From assembly GCA_964502565.1 (NCBI GenBank), contig CAZCXA010000001.1, positions 3,806 to 67,805 on the forward strand: 64,000 bases of DNA. The letters run 5' to 3'. The DNA is from an uncultured Pseudomonadales bacterium. GTDB lineage: Bacteria > Patescibacteriota > Microgenomatia > UBA1400 > PJMF01. Position 1 is the first letter of the stretch. Each line of letters starts with the position of its first letter. A program made the translations under genes and the position numbers. The notes beneath the pieces were generated by a model, which did not search any database, was not told the DNA's origin, and saw nothing but the letters and a program-made list of their open reading frames with translations. Below, piece by piece: positions 1 to 8,604 of the stretch.

Positions 1-1885
1 GTTGATGTAAATCAATAAGATTAACCGCATAAGCATGAAAAGCCTCATCTTCATTAGCAAAAACACTCTTATGCTCGGTTAAACTTTCATCAATAAGAGT
101 ATGATAATACACACCCATAGCCATCTCTTTGTTAGGCACGGTAATTGGCTGACTGTTGGCTGGTTTAAGCAGGTTTTTACTAACCATCATATAGTCAATC
201 GATTCTTGCTGGGCAGCCTTGGTTAAAGGTAGATGAACAGCCATTTGATCACCGTCAAAATCAGCATTGTAGCCTGAACAAACACAGGGATGAATCTTGA
301 TCGCTTTGCCATCGATCAACTTGGGATAAAAAGCAAGAATACCCAGCTTGTGCAAGGTTGGGGCACGGTTGAGCAACACAGGGTGGTTTTTGGTCACCTT
401 TTCTAGTGCATCATAAACCTCAGGTTCACGACGGTCAATCAAGTTACGAGCACTTTTAACATTTGGCGCAGAACCTTGTAAGATTAACTCATGAAAAACA
501 AATGGCTTAAACATTTCTAGAGCCATATCTTTTGGAATACCACACTCATTTAACCGCAGTTCCGGACCAACAATAATGACACTTCTACCAGAATAATCTA
601 CTCGCTTGCCCAACAAGTTTCTGCGGAAGCGACCTTTTTTGCCTTTCAGCATATCTGACAAAGATTTTAATGGTAGTCTTTGAGTTTGGCGTCGAGTGGC
701 AACCTTGGTATCAATCAATGAGTCAACCGCTTCCTGAAGCATTCTTTTCTCATTTCTTAAAATAATATCTGGAGCCCCTAAGCCGATGAGATGTTTTAAC
801 CGGTTGTTACGGTTGATCACTCTTCGATATAAATCATTGAGATCAGAAGAGGCAAACCTACCTCCAGACAACTGTACCATTGGTCTTAAATCAGGAGGAA
901 TAACCGGTAGAATCTTGATAAACATCCAGGAGGGATCAACTCCAGCTTTTTTAAAACTTTCAACTATTCTTAATCTTTTAATATAGCCAGCTGATTTGGT
1001 TTTACTTTTAGTCTCTTCAATCTTTTGGCGGAGGCTGTCTTCTAAAGCCTCAAGATCAATTTCTTTAACTAACTTTAAGATACTTTCCGCTCCCATTCCA
1101 ACTTCAATGAAACTTTCTGCGTTATAATCAATTAATTTAATGTACTCATCCTCGGTTAAAACCGACTTTTTCTTGATATTTTTAACCATGCTTTTGATGG
1201 TTTCGTAGATCTCGGTATTTTGCTCAACCTGTTTAGTTAAGTTTTCTTTAATTTGAACAATGGCTTTTTTTGACTTAAGTGTCAGTTCTTCAAGTTTAAT
1301 TTCTAGTGTTTCTTTTTTTGAGATTTTTTCCTTTAATTTTTTCTGATCAGCTTGTAAAATCTTTTTGATTTCTTGGATAGTTTCTTTGGCTTGTTGACGA
1401 AGATTTTCTTCAGCCTCGATTTGAGCAATGTCTAGATTGTCTAAAATACTTGCTTTCGCGTTTTTATCTACTGACAAGACAATGTATTGCGAGAAGTAGA
1501 TAACATTACTCACATCCCTTGGAGAAACATCGATCAAGCGAGACAATCTTGACGGAGCGCCTTTAAAATACCAAACATGTGCCACCTCAGATGCAAGTTC
1601 GATATGACCCATTCTCTCCCGTCTTACTCTGGAATGAGTAACCTCAACTCCGCATTTATCACAGATAATATCTTTGTAACGACGTCGCTTATACTTTCCA
1701 CAGTGACATTCGTAGTCTTTAACTGGACCAAAGATCTTTTCATCAAACAAACCATCTTTTTCTGGCTTAAGAGATCGATAGTTTATGGTTTCAGGATCTT
1801 TGACCTCACCATAAGACCAACTTAAGATATCCTCTGGAGATGCAATCTTAATTTGTAAAGCTGAGAAGTCGACAATATTTTTCAT
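1..1885 (-). CDS. rpoC: RNA polymerase beta' subunit (5' part; runs off the window start)
   Basis: Manual translation from ATG at 1885: [54 protein letters not shown]..., Zn finger [31 protein letters not shown], catalytic NADFDGD. Directly follows rpoB. Confidence 0.98.
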   Translation of the reverse strand, partial: MKNIVDFSALQIKIASPEDILSWSYGEVKDPETINYRSLKPEKDGLFDEKIFGPVKDYECHCGKYKRRRYKDIICDKCGVEVTHSRVRRERMGHIELASEVAHVWYFKGAPSRLSRLIDVSPRDVSNVIYFSQYIVLSVDKNAKASILDNLDIAQIEAEENLRQQAKETIQEIKKILQADQKKLKEKISKKETLEIKLEELTLKSKKAIVQIKENLTKQVEQNTEIYETIKSMVKNIKKKSVLTEDEYIKLIDYNAESFIEVGMGAESILKLVKEIDLEALEDSLRQKIEETKSKTKSAGYIKRLRIVESFKKAGVDPSWMFIKILPVIPPDLRPMVQLSGGRFASSDLNDLYRRVINRNNRLKHLIGLGAPDIILRNEKRMLQEAVDSLIDTKVATRRQTQRLPLKSLSDMLKGKKGRFRRNLLGKRVDYSGRSVIIVGPELRLNECGIPKDMALEMFKPFVFHELILQGSAPNVKSARNLIDRREPEVYDALEKVTKNHPVLLNRAPTLHKLGILAFYPKLIDGKAIKIHPCVCSGYNADFDGDQMAVHLPLTKAAQQESIDYMMVSKNLLKPANSQPITVPNKEMAMGVYYHTLIDESLTEHKSVFANEDEAFHAYAVNLIDLHQ

Positions 1886-1950
1886 AAAGTTTTATAGGTG
1901 CGTTATAAATGTTTTTATTCTCTAGTGTCGTTGTTAGTTGAGGTTGTATC

Positions 1951-2010
1951 AGCTTCTTCTTGCTCATCTTCCTCTTGTTAAGCTTCTTCTTGCTCATCTT
2001 CATCTTGTTC
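1951..2010. repeat. 30-bp tandem duplication spanning the rpoB stop codon
   Basis: agcttcttcttgctcatcttcctcttgtta / agcttcttcttgctcatcttcatcttgttc (28/30 identical). Confidence 0.9.
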
Positions 2011-5000
2011 ATCCTTTTCTGACTCATCATCTGACTCATCGTTGTCATCAATCTTCAGATCCTCATCAGCTATTTCTTCTTCATCGATCTCATCATCTAG
2101 ATCATCACCAAGATCCTCGATATCCTTATCATTAAAACCAGGCTCATCCTCATCTTGAGTAAGCTCGGTCTCTCTGACTGTGTTTTCTGACTCAGTTTCT
2201 ATATCTTCTTTTTCTTCGGTTTCTTTATCATCAAGTGATAACTCGTCATCCTCAAGGATGTCTTTGTCGTCAAATGATAAATCCTCATCATCAATAATGA
2301 CCTCCTCAACTTCTTCAGGGTCATCAGCCACTTTCAAGTCCAAAGGAATAATATCTAAAGCCAAAGCCTTGAGCTCACTGATTAAAACCTTGAATGATTC
2401 AGGCACGGTTGGAGCTGGAATATCAATCCCTTTAACCATAGCTTTAAAGGCTTTGGAGCGACCACCGACATCATCAGATTTGATGGTGAGCATTTCTTGA
2501 AGAGTATAAGCAGCCTTATGAGACTCTAAAGCCCAAACCTCCATCTCTCCCACTCTTTGACCACCCATTTGCGCTTTTCCACCCAAAGGCTGTTGAGTCA
2601 CTAAAGAATAAGGTCCGGTAGATCTGGCATGCACTTTATCATCAACCATATGCACCAACTTCAACATGTAGGTAACACCCACCGCTGTTTGCTCGCGATA
2701 AGGCTCACCAGTACGACCATCATAGAGTTGTACTTTACCGCTAGTTGGCAAACCAGCTTTTTCCAACTCTTGCCAAATCTTTGCTTCATCAAAAGTCTCA
2801 AAAACCGGCAAGGCCACCTTGTAACCTAGTTTGTGCGCAGCCCAACCTAAATGGGCTTCCAACAACTGACCTAAGTTCATTCTTGCCAAAACTGATAAAG
2901 GTGAAATGATGACATCAATCGGTGTGCCGTCTTCTAAATAAGGCATATCCGCGACCGGCACAATCTTTGAGATAACACCTTTGTTCCCATGACGTCCGGC
3001 CAACTTATCACCAACCTTGATCTTTCTTTTTTCAGCCACTCTCACTGTCACTTGTTTTAAAACACCGGGATTGAGCTCGTCGTCTTGGTCGCGGTCTAAA
3101 ACTTGCACATCAATCACTGTCCCTTTTTCTCCGTGTGGCATTCTTAAAGAAGTATCACGAACCTCTTTGGATTTTTCACCAAAAATGGCTCTTAACAATC
3201 TTTCTTCAGAACTCAGCTCGGTTTCACCTTTAGGTGCTACCTTGCCTACCAAGATGTCACCAGATTCAATCTCACTACCAATCCTAACAATACCATCTTC
3301 AGTTAAGTTAGCTAAATAGTTTTCTGAAACATTGGGAATATCATTGGTTAACTCTTCTGGACCCAAACGAGTGTCCATCACTTGGGCTTCATGCTCGCTG
3401 ATATAAACCGAGGTTAATAAATCTTCTTTTACTAAACGATCAGAGATCACAATGGCATCTTCATGGCCCAAACCATCAAAAGAAGCATAGGCAATTGTTA
3501 AGTTTGTGCCTAAAGCCAACTCACCACTATCAGAGGCTGGACCGTCAACAATGAGATCACCTTTTTTAACACGGTCGCCGGTATTAACCACCGGCTTTTG
3601 AGAATAACAGGTGCTTTGAGAGGTTCTAACAAACTTTTTAATTTGATAGATTTCTTTACCATCCTCGAACTTTACCCCATTATTATTAGCCAAACCAGCT
3701 TGATAATACTTTTTCGCTGAGTTTAGCTCTGATTTATTAACTGCAACAATGACCTGATTGCCATCAGCATACTCCACCACTCCGCCGTGAACCGCGTCAA
3801 GGGTGCGGTTCATGGAACGAGACACAATACTTTCCATACCGGTTCCGATGATAGGAGCTTCAGCTTTTATCAACGGCACAGCCTGACATTGCATATGACT
3901 ACCCATCAAGGCGCGGTTGGCCTCATCATTGGCAATAAAAGGAATAAGTGAAGCAGAGGTGCCCACCACCTGGCGTGGAGCAATATCAATAAACTGAATC
4001 TCGGTCACAGGACCTTCTTGGAACTGATTATTGTGTCGATAAGCTACCCAATCATTATTTATATAATTATTTTTATCAAGATCTAACTCAGCATGACTAA
4101 TCTTATAATCTTCTTCCTCATCAGCAGACATATATACAATCTCATCAGTTACCTTCATCTTGCCATCTTCCTTCACTACTTTACGATACGGTGCTTCTAA
4201 AAATCCAAAGTCATTAACCCTGACATATAGGGCTAAATAAGTGACTAAACCAATATTGGGACCCTCGGGTGAACGAACCGGACAAATTCTGGAGTACTGA
4301 GAAACATTAATATCTCTCATAGAGAAAGCAGCCCTTTCTCTAGTAACGCCACCGCTCCCCAAAACTGACAAACGACGTAAGTTATCAATTTCTGAGAGAG
4401 GATTGGTTTGATCTAAAATCGCGGATAAACGGTTGCGTCTAAAGAATTGAGAGATTGTAGCAATTAATGGCCGAGCATTAACCAAAGCCGAAGGAGTTAA
4501 GTTAGAATCGGTCTTGGTTAAAGACATTTTTTCTCGAATAGACTTTTCAAGTCTAATTAAACCAATTCTAAAGGCGGTATCTCTCACTAGTTCACCAATG
4601 CGACGCACGCGACGGTTGCTTAAGTGATCAATATCATCAACTTTACCCTGTCCATTTTGCAAACCAATTAAGTACCTAATAGTCTCGATAATATCTTGCT
4701 TATCTAAAACTGTTAACTCTTCATCAACATTAATCTTTAATCTCCGGTTAAGTTTGTAACGACCAACTTTCCCAAGGTTATAACGTCTTTCGTCAAAAAA
4801 ATGTGTTTTAAAATAATCGCGCGCGGTCTCCACAGTGGCTGGTTCACCAGGTCTCAACTTTTCATAAATCTCAATTAAGGCTTGATCTTTTGTATAGGTA
4901 TCATCTTTAGCCAAGGTGTTTTCAATCAAGTTAAAACTGTCTTCTTTTGAGATGTCTTTATAAAGTTCTAAGATCTGCTCATCGGTTTCTAAACCAAAAG

Positions 5001-5583
5001 CTCTGAGTAACACTGTGGCTGGAATCTTGCGTCGGCGGTCGATCTTGACTGTAATCACGTGACGTCGACTAACCGCGATCTCGATCCAAGAACCTCTCAT
5101 CGGTCTTAGTTCTGCCATATAATAAACCTCGCCTGTATTGCGATACTCTTCACCCGAAAAAAAGACTCCTGGAGAACGAACTAGCTGAGTCACGATGCCT
5201 CGCTCAATACCGTTAATAACAAAGGTCCCGACTGGCGTCATCTTAGGAATATCACCTAAAAATACTTCTTGGATGCGACGCTCGCCAGTTCTTTTGTTAA
5301 CTAAAGTAGCCTCAACATAAAGTGAGGTTTCATAGGTTAAGTTTTTAGCCTTTGCTTCTTCAACCAAGTATTTAGGCTCATTAAATCGATAATCGCCGAA
5401 TTTTAATAGCCAATTTTTGCCTGTATAATCCTCGATTCCTTTATCTGCATTCACTTGTTCTAAAGCAGATTTAATGCCATTCTTCAAAAAATCTTCATAA
5501 CTATCAATCTGCAAACCGATTAAATCAAGTTCGGGCAAAACAGTGTGTTGTTTGCCCCAATGTTGTCTTTGACTATTTATCAT
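1978..5583 (-). CDS. rpoB: RNA polymerase beta subunit with long acidic C-terminal tail
   Basis: 1201 aa with GDKLAGRHGNKG, HARSTGPYSLVTQQPLGG, GEMEVWALE and PEGPNIGL motifs. Confidence 0.99.
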   Translation of the reverse strand: MINSQRQHWGKQHTVLPELDLIGLQIDSYEDFLKNGIKSALEQVNADKGIEDYTGKNWLLKFGDYRFNEPKYLVEEAKAKNLTYETSLYVEATLVNKRTGERRIQEVFLGDIPKMTPVGTFVINGIERGIVTQLVRSPGVFFSGEEYRNTGEVYYMAELRPMRGSWIEIAVSRRHVITVKIDRRRKIPATVLLRAFGLETDEQILELYKDISKEDSFNLIENTLAKDDTYTKDQALIEIYEKLRPGEPATVETARDYFKTHFFDERRYNLGKVGRYKLNRRLKINVDEELTVLDKQDIIETIRYLIGLQNGQGKVDDIDHLSNRRVRRIGELVRDTAFRIGLIRLEKSIREKMSLTKTDSNLTPSALVNARPLIATISQFFRRNRLSAILDQTNPLSEIDNLRRLSVLGSGGVTRERAAFSMRDINVSQYSRICPVRSPEGPNIGLVTYLALYVRVNDFGFLEAPYRKVVKEDGKMKVTDEIVYMSADEEEDYKISHAELDLDKNNYINNDWVAYRHNNQFQEGPVTEIQFIDIAPRQVVGTSASLIPFIANDEANRALMGSHMQCQAVPLIKAEAPIIGTGMESIVSRSMNRTLDAVHGGVVEYADGNQVIVAVNKSELNSAKKYYQAGLANNNGVKFEDGKEIYQIKKFVRTSQSTCYSQKPVVNTGDRVKKGDLIVDGPASDSGELALGTNLTIAYASFDGLGHEDAIVISDRLVKEDLLTSVYISEHEAQVMDTRLGPEELTNDIPNVSENYLANLTEDGIVRIGSEIESGDILVGKVAPKGETELSSEERLLRAIFGEKSKEVRDTSLRMPHGEKGTVIDVQVLDRDQDDELNPGVLKQVTVRVAEKRKIKVGDKLAGRHGNKGVISKIVPVADMPYLEDGTPIDVIISPLSVLARMNLGQLLEAHLGWAAHKLGYKVALPVFETFDEAKIWQELEKAGLPTSGKVQLYDGRTGEPYREQTAVGVTYMLKLVHMVDDKVHARSTGPYSLVTQQPLGGKAQMGGQRVGEMEVWALESHKAAYTLQEMLTIKSDDVGGRSKAFKAMVKGIDIPAPTVPESFKVLISELKALALDIIPLDLKVADDPEEVEEVIIDDEDLSFDDKDILEDDELSLDDKETEEKEDIETESENTVRETELTQDEDEPGFNDKDIEDLGDDLDDEIDEEEIADEDLKIDDNDESDDESEKDEQDEDEQEEA

Positions 5584-5903
5584 GAAGGAGGCTCCTTTTT
5601 AATTATGTTTTTTTAAAATAGACTCTGGCGAAATAAAAAAGTGACATTAAGTCACAAAGGCATCAAAAAAACTAGATCGAAGAGCTTAGATTTGCTCTCT
5701 TATGAAAACTGGCTTGGAAAATAAAATAAAAATTCAAGGTAAAAAGTAAAAAAGTAAAAACTCAAAAGTTAAAAGTAAAGTTTAAAAACAATAAAAAACT
5801 GCCTAAAAATTTTTTCTACTTGGCTAAACTTTTAACTTTTGAATTTTAATTTAAAATTTACCCACCAGCTAACATAAGAGCGTATTTTATCAGTATCATT
5901 TTC

Positions 5904-6893
5904 TCAACGCAAGTACCTATTTATATTATTGTTATGTTCTTCAAGAGTTCTGGCAAAATGAACATTGCCTTGTTTATCATGAATATAAAAAAGATACTCT
6001 GTGGAGCGAGGATTTAGTGAAGCCGTAATCGCCTCTAAGCCAGGATTGCAGATAGGACGAGGGGGCAATCCTGGATTTAGATAGGTGTTAAACCTTGAGT
6101 TAAGCTGTTTGTCTTCAGCCAAAGGAGTTGCCCACCAACTTCCAATCGTTTCATCATAACCCTTAGCATACTGTAAGGTAGCATCTACTTGTAAAGGCAT
6201 ACCTATCTCTAGCCTTTTCCATAAAATATTAGAGACCTGCTGTAACTGCTCTGATCCTCTTGCCTCTCTTTCTAAGATAGAAGCCATTGTTAACAGCTCA
6301 TTAAACGAGTAGTTAGATTGCTCAATCTGAGTTTGCAAAGAAGCAATCTTTTTTTCAAAAGTATTCTGCATTAAATTAATCAGGGCTTGAGTCGTAACTT
6401 CTTTTGGAACCAAGTATGTGTCAGGGAAAAGCTGGCCTTCAAGGGCAACTGTCTGAGCTAAAAACTCTTCCTGATTATAATTAATCAACGAGTATTTTTC
6501 TAAACTTTGAGCAATCTCTTCTCTTCTCATCCCTTCGGGAAAAGTAATCCAGATATCATCTGTGCCATCACTTAATATCTCTAAAATTGTGGCTACATCC
6601 ATCGCAGGGGAAAGCTCAAAACTGCCAGCTTGAATCTTAAAATTATCTTGATTTAACTGATAGTAAATCTTAAAAACATAGCTATTTTTAATTAAATTTT
6701 TCTTTTTTAATTTATCGCCGATTAAAGCAACCGGCTCACCTTTAGCAATAACAAATCTTTCTAACTGGTTGTTGGTTGAATCAGGAGCCTGAAGCAAAGA
6801 GAAGCCAAAAACTATTACTGAAGTTAAAACAAAGGCTAAGATTGCGCCGACAATTAATACCAAACGCAAAATTTTATTTTTTTTTAATTTCAT
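5904..6893 (-). CDS. mltG: Endolytic transglycosylase MltG (YceG family)
   Basis: N-terminal TM, ITFPEG, LEGQLFPDTY, ASILERE, LQVDAT, NTYLNPGLPPRPICNPG. Confidence 0.95.
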   Translation of the reverse strand: MKLKKNKILRLVLIVGAILAFVLTSVIVFGFSLLQAPDSTNNQLERFVIAKGEPVALIGDKLKKKNLIKNSYVFKIYYQLNQDNFKIQAGSFELSPAMDVATILEILSDGTDDIWITFPEGMRREEIAQSLEKYSLINYNQEEFLAQTVALEGQLFPDTYLVPKEVTTQALINLMQNTFEKKIASLQTQIEQSNYSFNELLTMASILEREARGSEQLQQVSNILWKRLEIGMPLQVDATLQYAKGYDETIGSWWATPLAEDKQLNSRFNTYLNPGLPPRPICNPGLEAITASLNPRSTEYLFYIHDKQGNVHFARTLEEHNNNINRYLR

Positions 6894-7110
6894 AATTGAA
6901 TGATTTTTATAATGGAATAAAAATTTTTGGGGTTTTGAGTGCGAAAGTTAAGTTTTTGCAGTTAACAGTTAAAGACCTTGAAAAAATTGTGTTGAAAAAA
7001 ATACTATCTTTTCAAGATACAAGGTAATCCTTTAGTATAACATATTTAAATAAATTAAGGTTAAAAAGGAAGAGATTGAAGAAAAAATCTCCAGATAAAT
7101 AGCCTTAGTT

Positions 7111-7509
7111 TTATTTTTGCTCCTCAAGCCACTGTTCTAAAATATAAGCAGCTGCATAATGATCAAGTTTTTTTGGTAAAGGTTTTTTTCTTAGTTTAAA
7201 CCTGTTCTCGACTTCTTTAGAGGACAAGGTCTCGTCAACATAAATAATTGGCTGAGATATCTTCAGTTGTAACTGTTGACCAAATTGACGCGTCTTTTCA
7301 GCAGTTTCTTTTTCAGAAATACCCAAGATTACTTGAGTAACTTGGTGTTGAGTACAAACTTGAGCAATCTGACGGACTGCTTCAGCCTCTTCTTGGTAAT
7401 CAATGACTACCAAAGGCACTGCCAGCGGACCCTGAGAAACTGCCAAACCAATTCTTTTGGTACCAAAATCAATCGCAAGTAGTTTCTGGTTCTGGTTATC
7501 AAAAAACAT
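7111..7509 (-). CDS. ruvX: Holliday junction resolvase-like / pre-16S rRNA nuclease YqgF
   Basis: LLAIDFGTKRIGLAVS, VDETLSS, DHYAAAYILE. Usual alaS-ruvX-mltG neighbourhood. Confidence 0.93.
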   Translation of the reverse strand: MFFDNQNQKLLAIDFGTKRIGLAVSQGPLAVPLVVIDYQEEAEAVRQIAQVCTQHQVTQVILGISEKETAEKTRQFGQQLQLKISQPIIYVDETLSSKEVENRFKLRKKPLPKKLDHYAAAYILEQWLEEQK

Positions 7510-7533
7510 AATTATATTTTATTCTCTTACTAA

Positions 7534-8499
7534 TTATTCTCTTACTAACTGGGCTGTGACCACTCCCCTTCTTAAATAGGTTCCTTCTGGCACGCAGGTA
7601 ACCAGTTTTAACTGCTGACTGCTGTAATCTTGAGACAAGATATATGTATCGCTCGGCTTAACCTCTGTTTTATCAATCACTGCATAAGTATATTTAACAT
7701 CGCCGTAAGTTAAAAAAACTCGATCACCTGGCTCAAGTGTCATAATTGTACTAAAAATTGTGTTATAACGTCTGGGGTTAGTCTCTTTAGGATTGTAAAA
7801 CTGTCGTAACAAAGAATGACCAAAAACAACTGGTGCGCCTGGTTTTCCAGGTAATGATGTGCCTGGATATTGGATTAGGCTTTCATCAAGATTAGTGCCA
7901 CCAATTTTAACCGTGGCGTTATAAACCTCAAGTTTGGGGATCTCCAAAACATACTCTCCGACTTGCTTAGACAACAAGCTCGTGCGGTTAACTAGGTCGA
8001 TCACCACTTGATCTTCAAACCAGTTTGATAAATTGGTGTAATCCAACTCAGCATCAACAATAACTGGACCTCGTCTAACTTGACCCATTTCCTGCGTAAT
8101 ATCTCCCACCATAGTAGTTTGCGCCACCACCAACGGAGTCATGCTTAAAATTTTATCTTGTGGGATGGGCGCAATTAGGGTGGGTGTTGTTGATAAATTT
8201 TTTAAATAGAAGCTAGCGATCGGCATCACTGCGCTTCCCAATAAAAACAAACCGACCACAATAAAAAAGATCGGTACAAAACTTGCCCCAAATCTAACAA
8301 CCCTGGGTATTGAAAGTTTTGCCTGACGGCAGTGTTGATCGTCAATATTCTGTTCCACCTGCTCGGTTACCATAAGTCTGGTTAGTTTTGCTGAAACCTC
8401 AGCCTCAACCTCCTCATAGGTACCAAACTTTAGCAAAGCTTCTCGATACAGTTTGATTAACTCTTGACGATCAATGCCCAAGTTATCGTGTTTTGACAT
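7534..8499 (-). CDS. Sortase (membrane-anchored, with cytoplasmic N-terminal extension)
   Basis: TM at ~aa 70-95, LEIPKL, VVFGHS (His), LKLVTC (Cys), and downstream Arg in YLRRGVVTA. Confidence 0.9.
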   Translation of the reverse strand: MSKHDNLGIDRQELIKLYREALLKFGTYEEVEAEVSAKLTRLMVTEQVEQNIDDQHCRQAKLSIPRVVRFGASFVPIFFIVVGLFLLGSAVMPIASFYLKNLSTTPTLIAPIPQDKILSMTPLVVAQTTMVGDITQEMGQVRRGPVIVDAELDYTNLSNWFEDQVVIDLVNRTSLLSKQVGEYVLEIPKLEVYNATVKIGGTNLDESLIQYPGTSLPGKPGAPVVFGHSLLRQFYNPKETNPRRYNTIFSTIMTLEPGDRVFLTYGDVKYTYAVIDKTEVKPSDTYILSQDYSSQQLKLVTCVPEGTYLRRGVVTAQLVRE

Positions 8500-8604
8500 A
8501 GTTGGAACTAAAAGTTTAACTTAAAAAGCGCGAGGCGGAAAAAAATTGGTAACGAGCTTACCTCGCTTTTTAATTTTTAGCTTTTTACCTCTAACTTTTT
8601 TTTG

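Noticed and set aside
1915-1980. Stop-codon reassignment (TAA readthrough or code 25)
   Set aside because: TAA, TAG and TGA all end conserved genes at the expected places (e.g. TGA for mltG, rpiB, pfkB); the rpoB case is isolated
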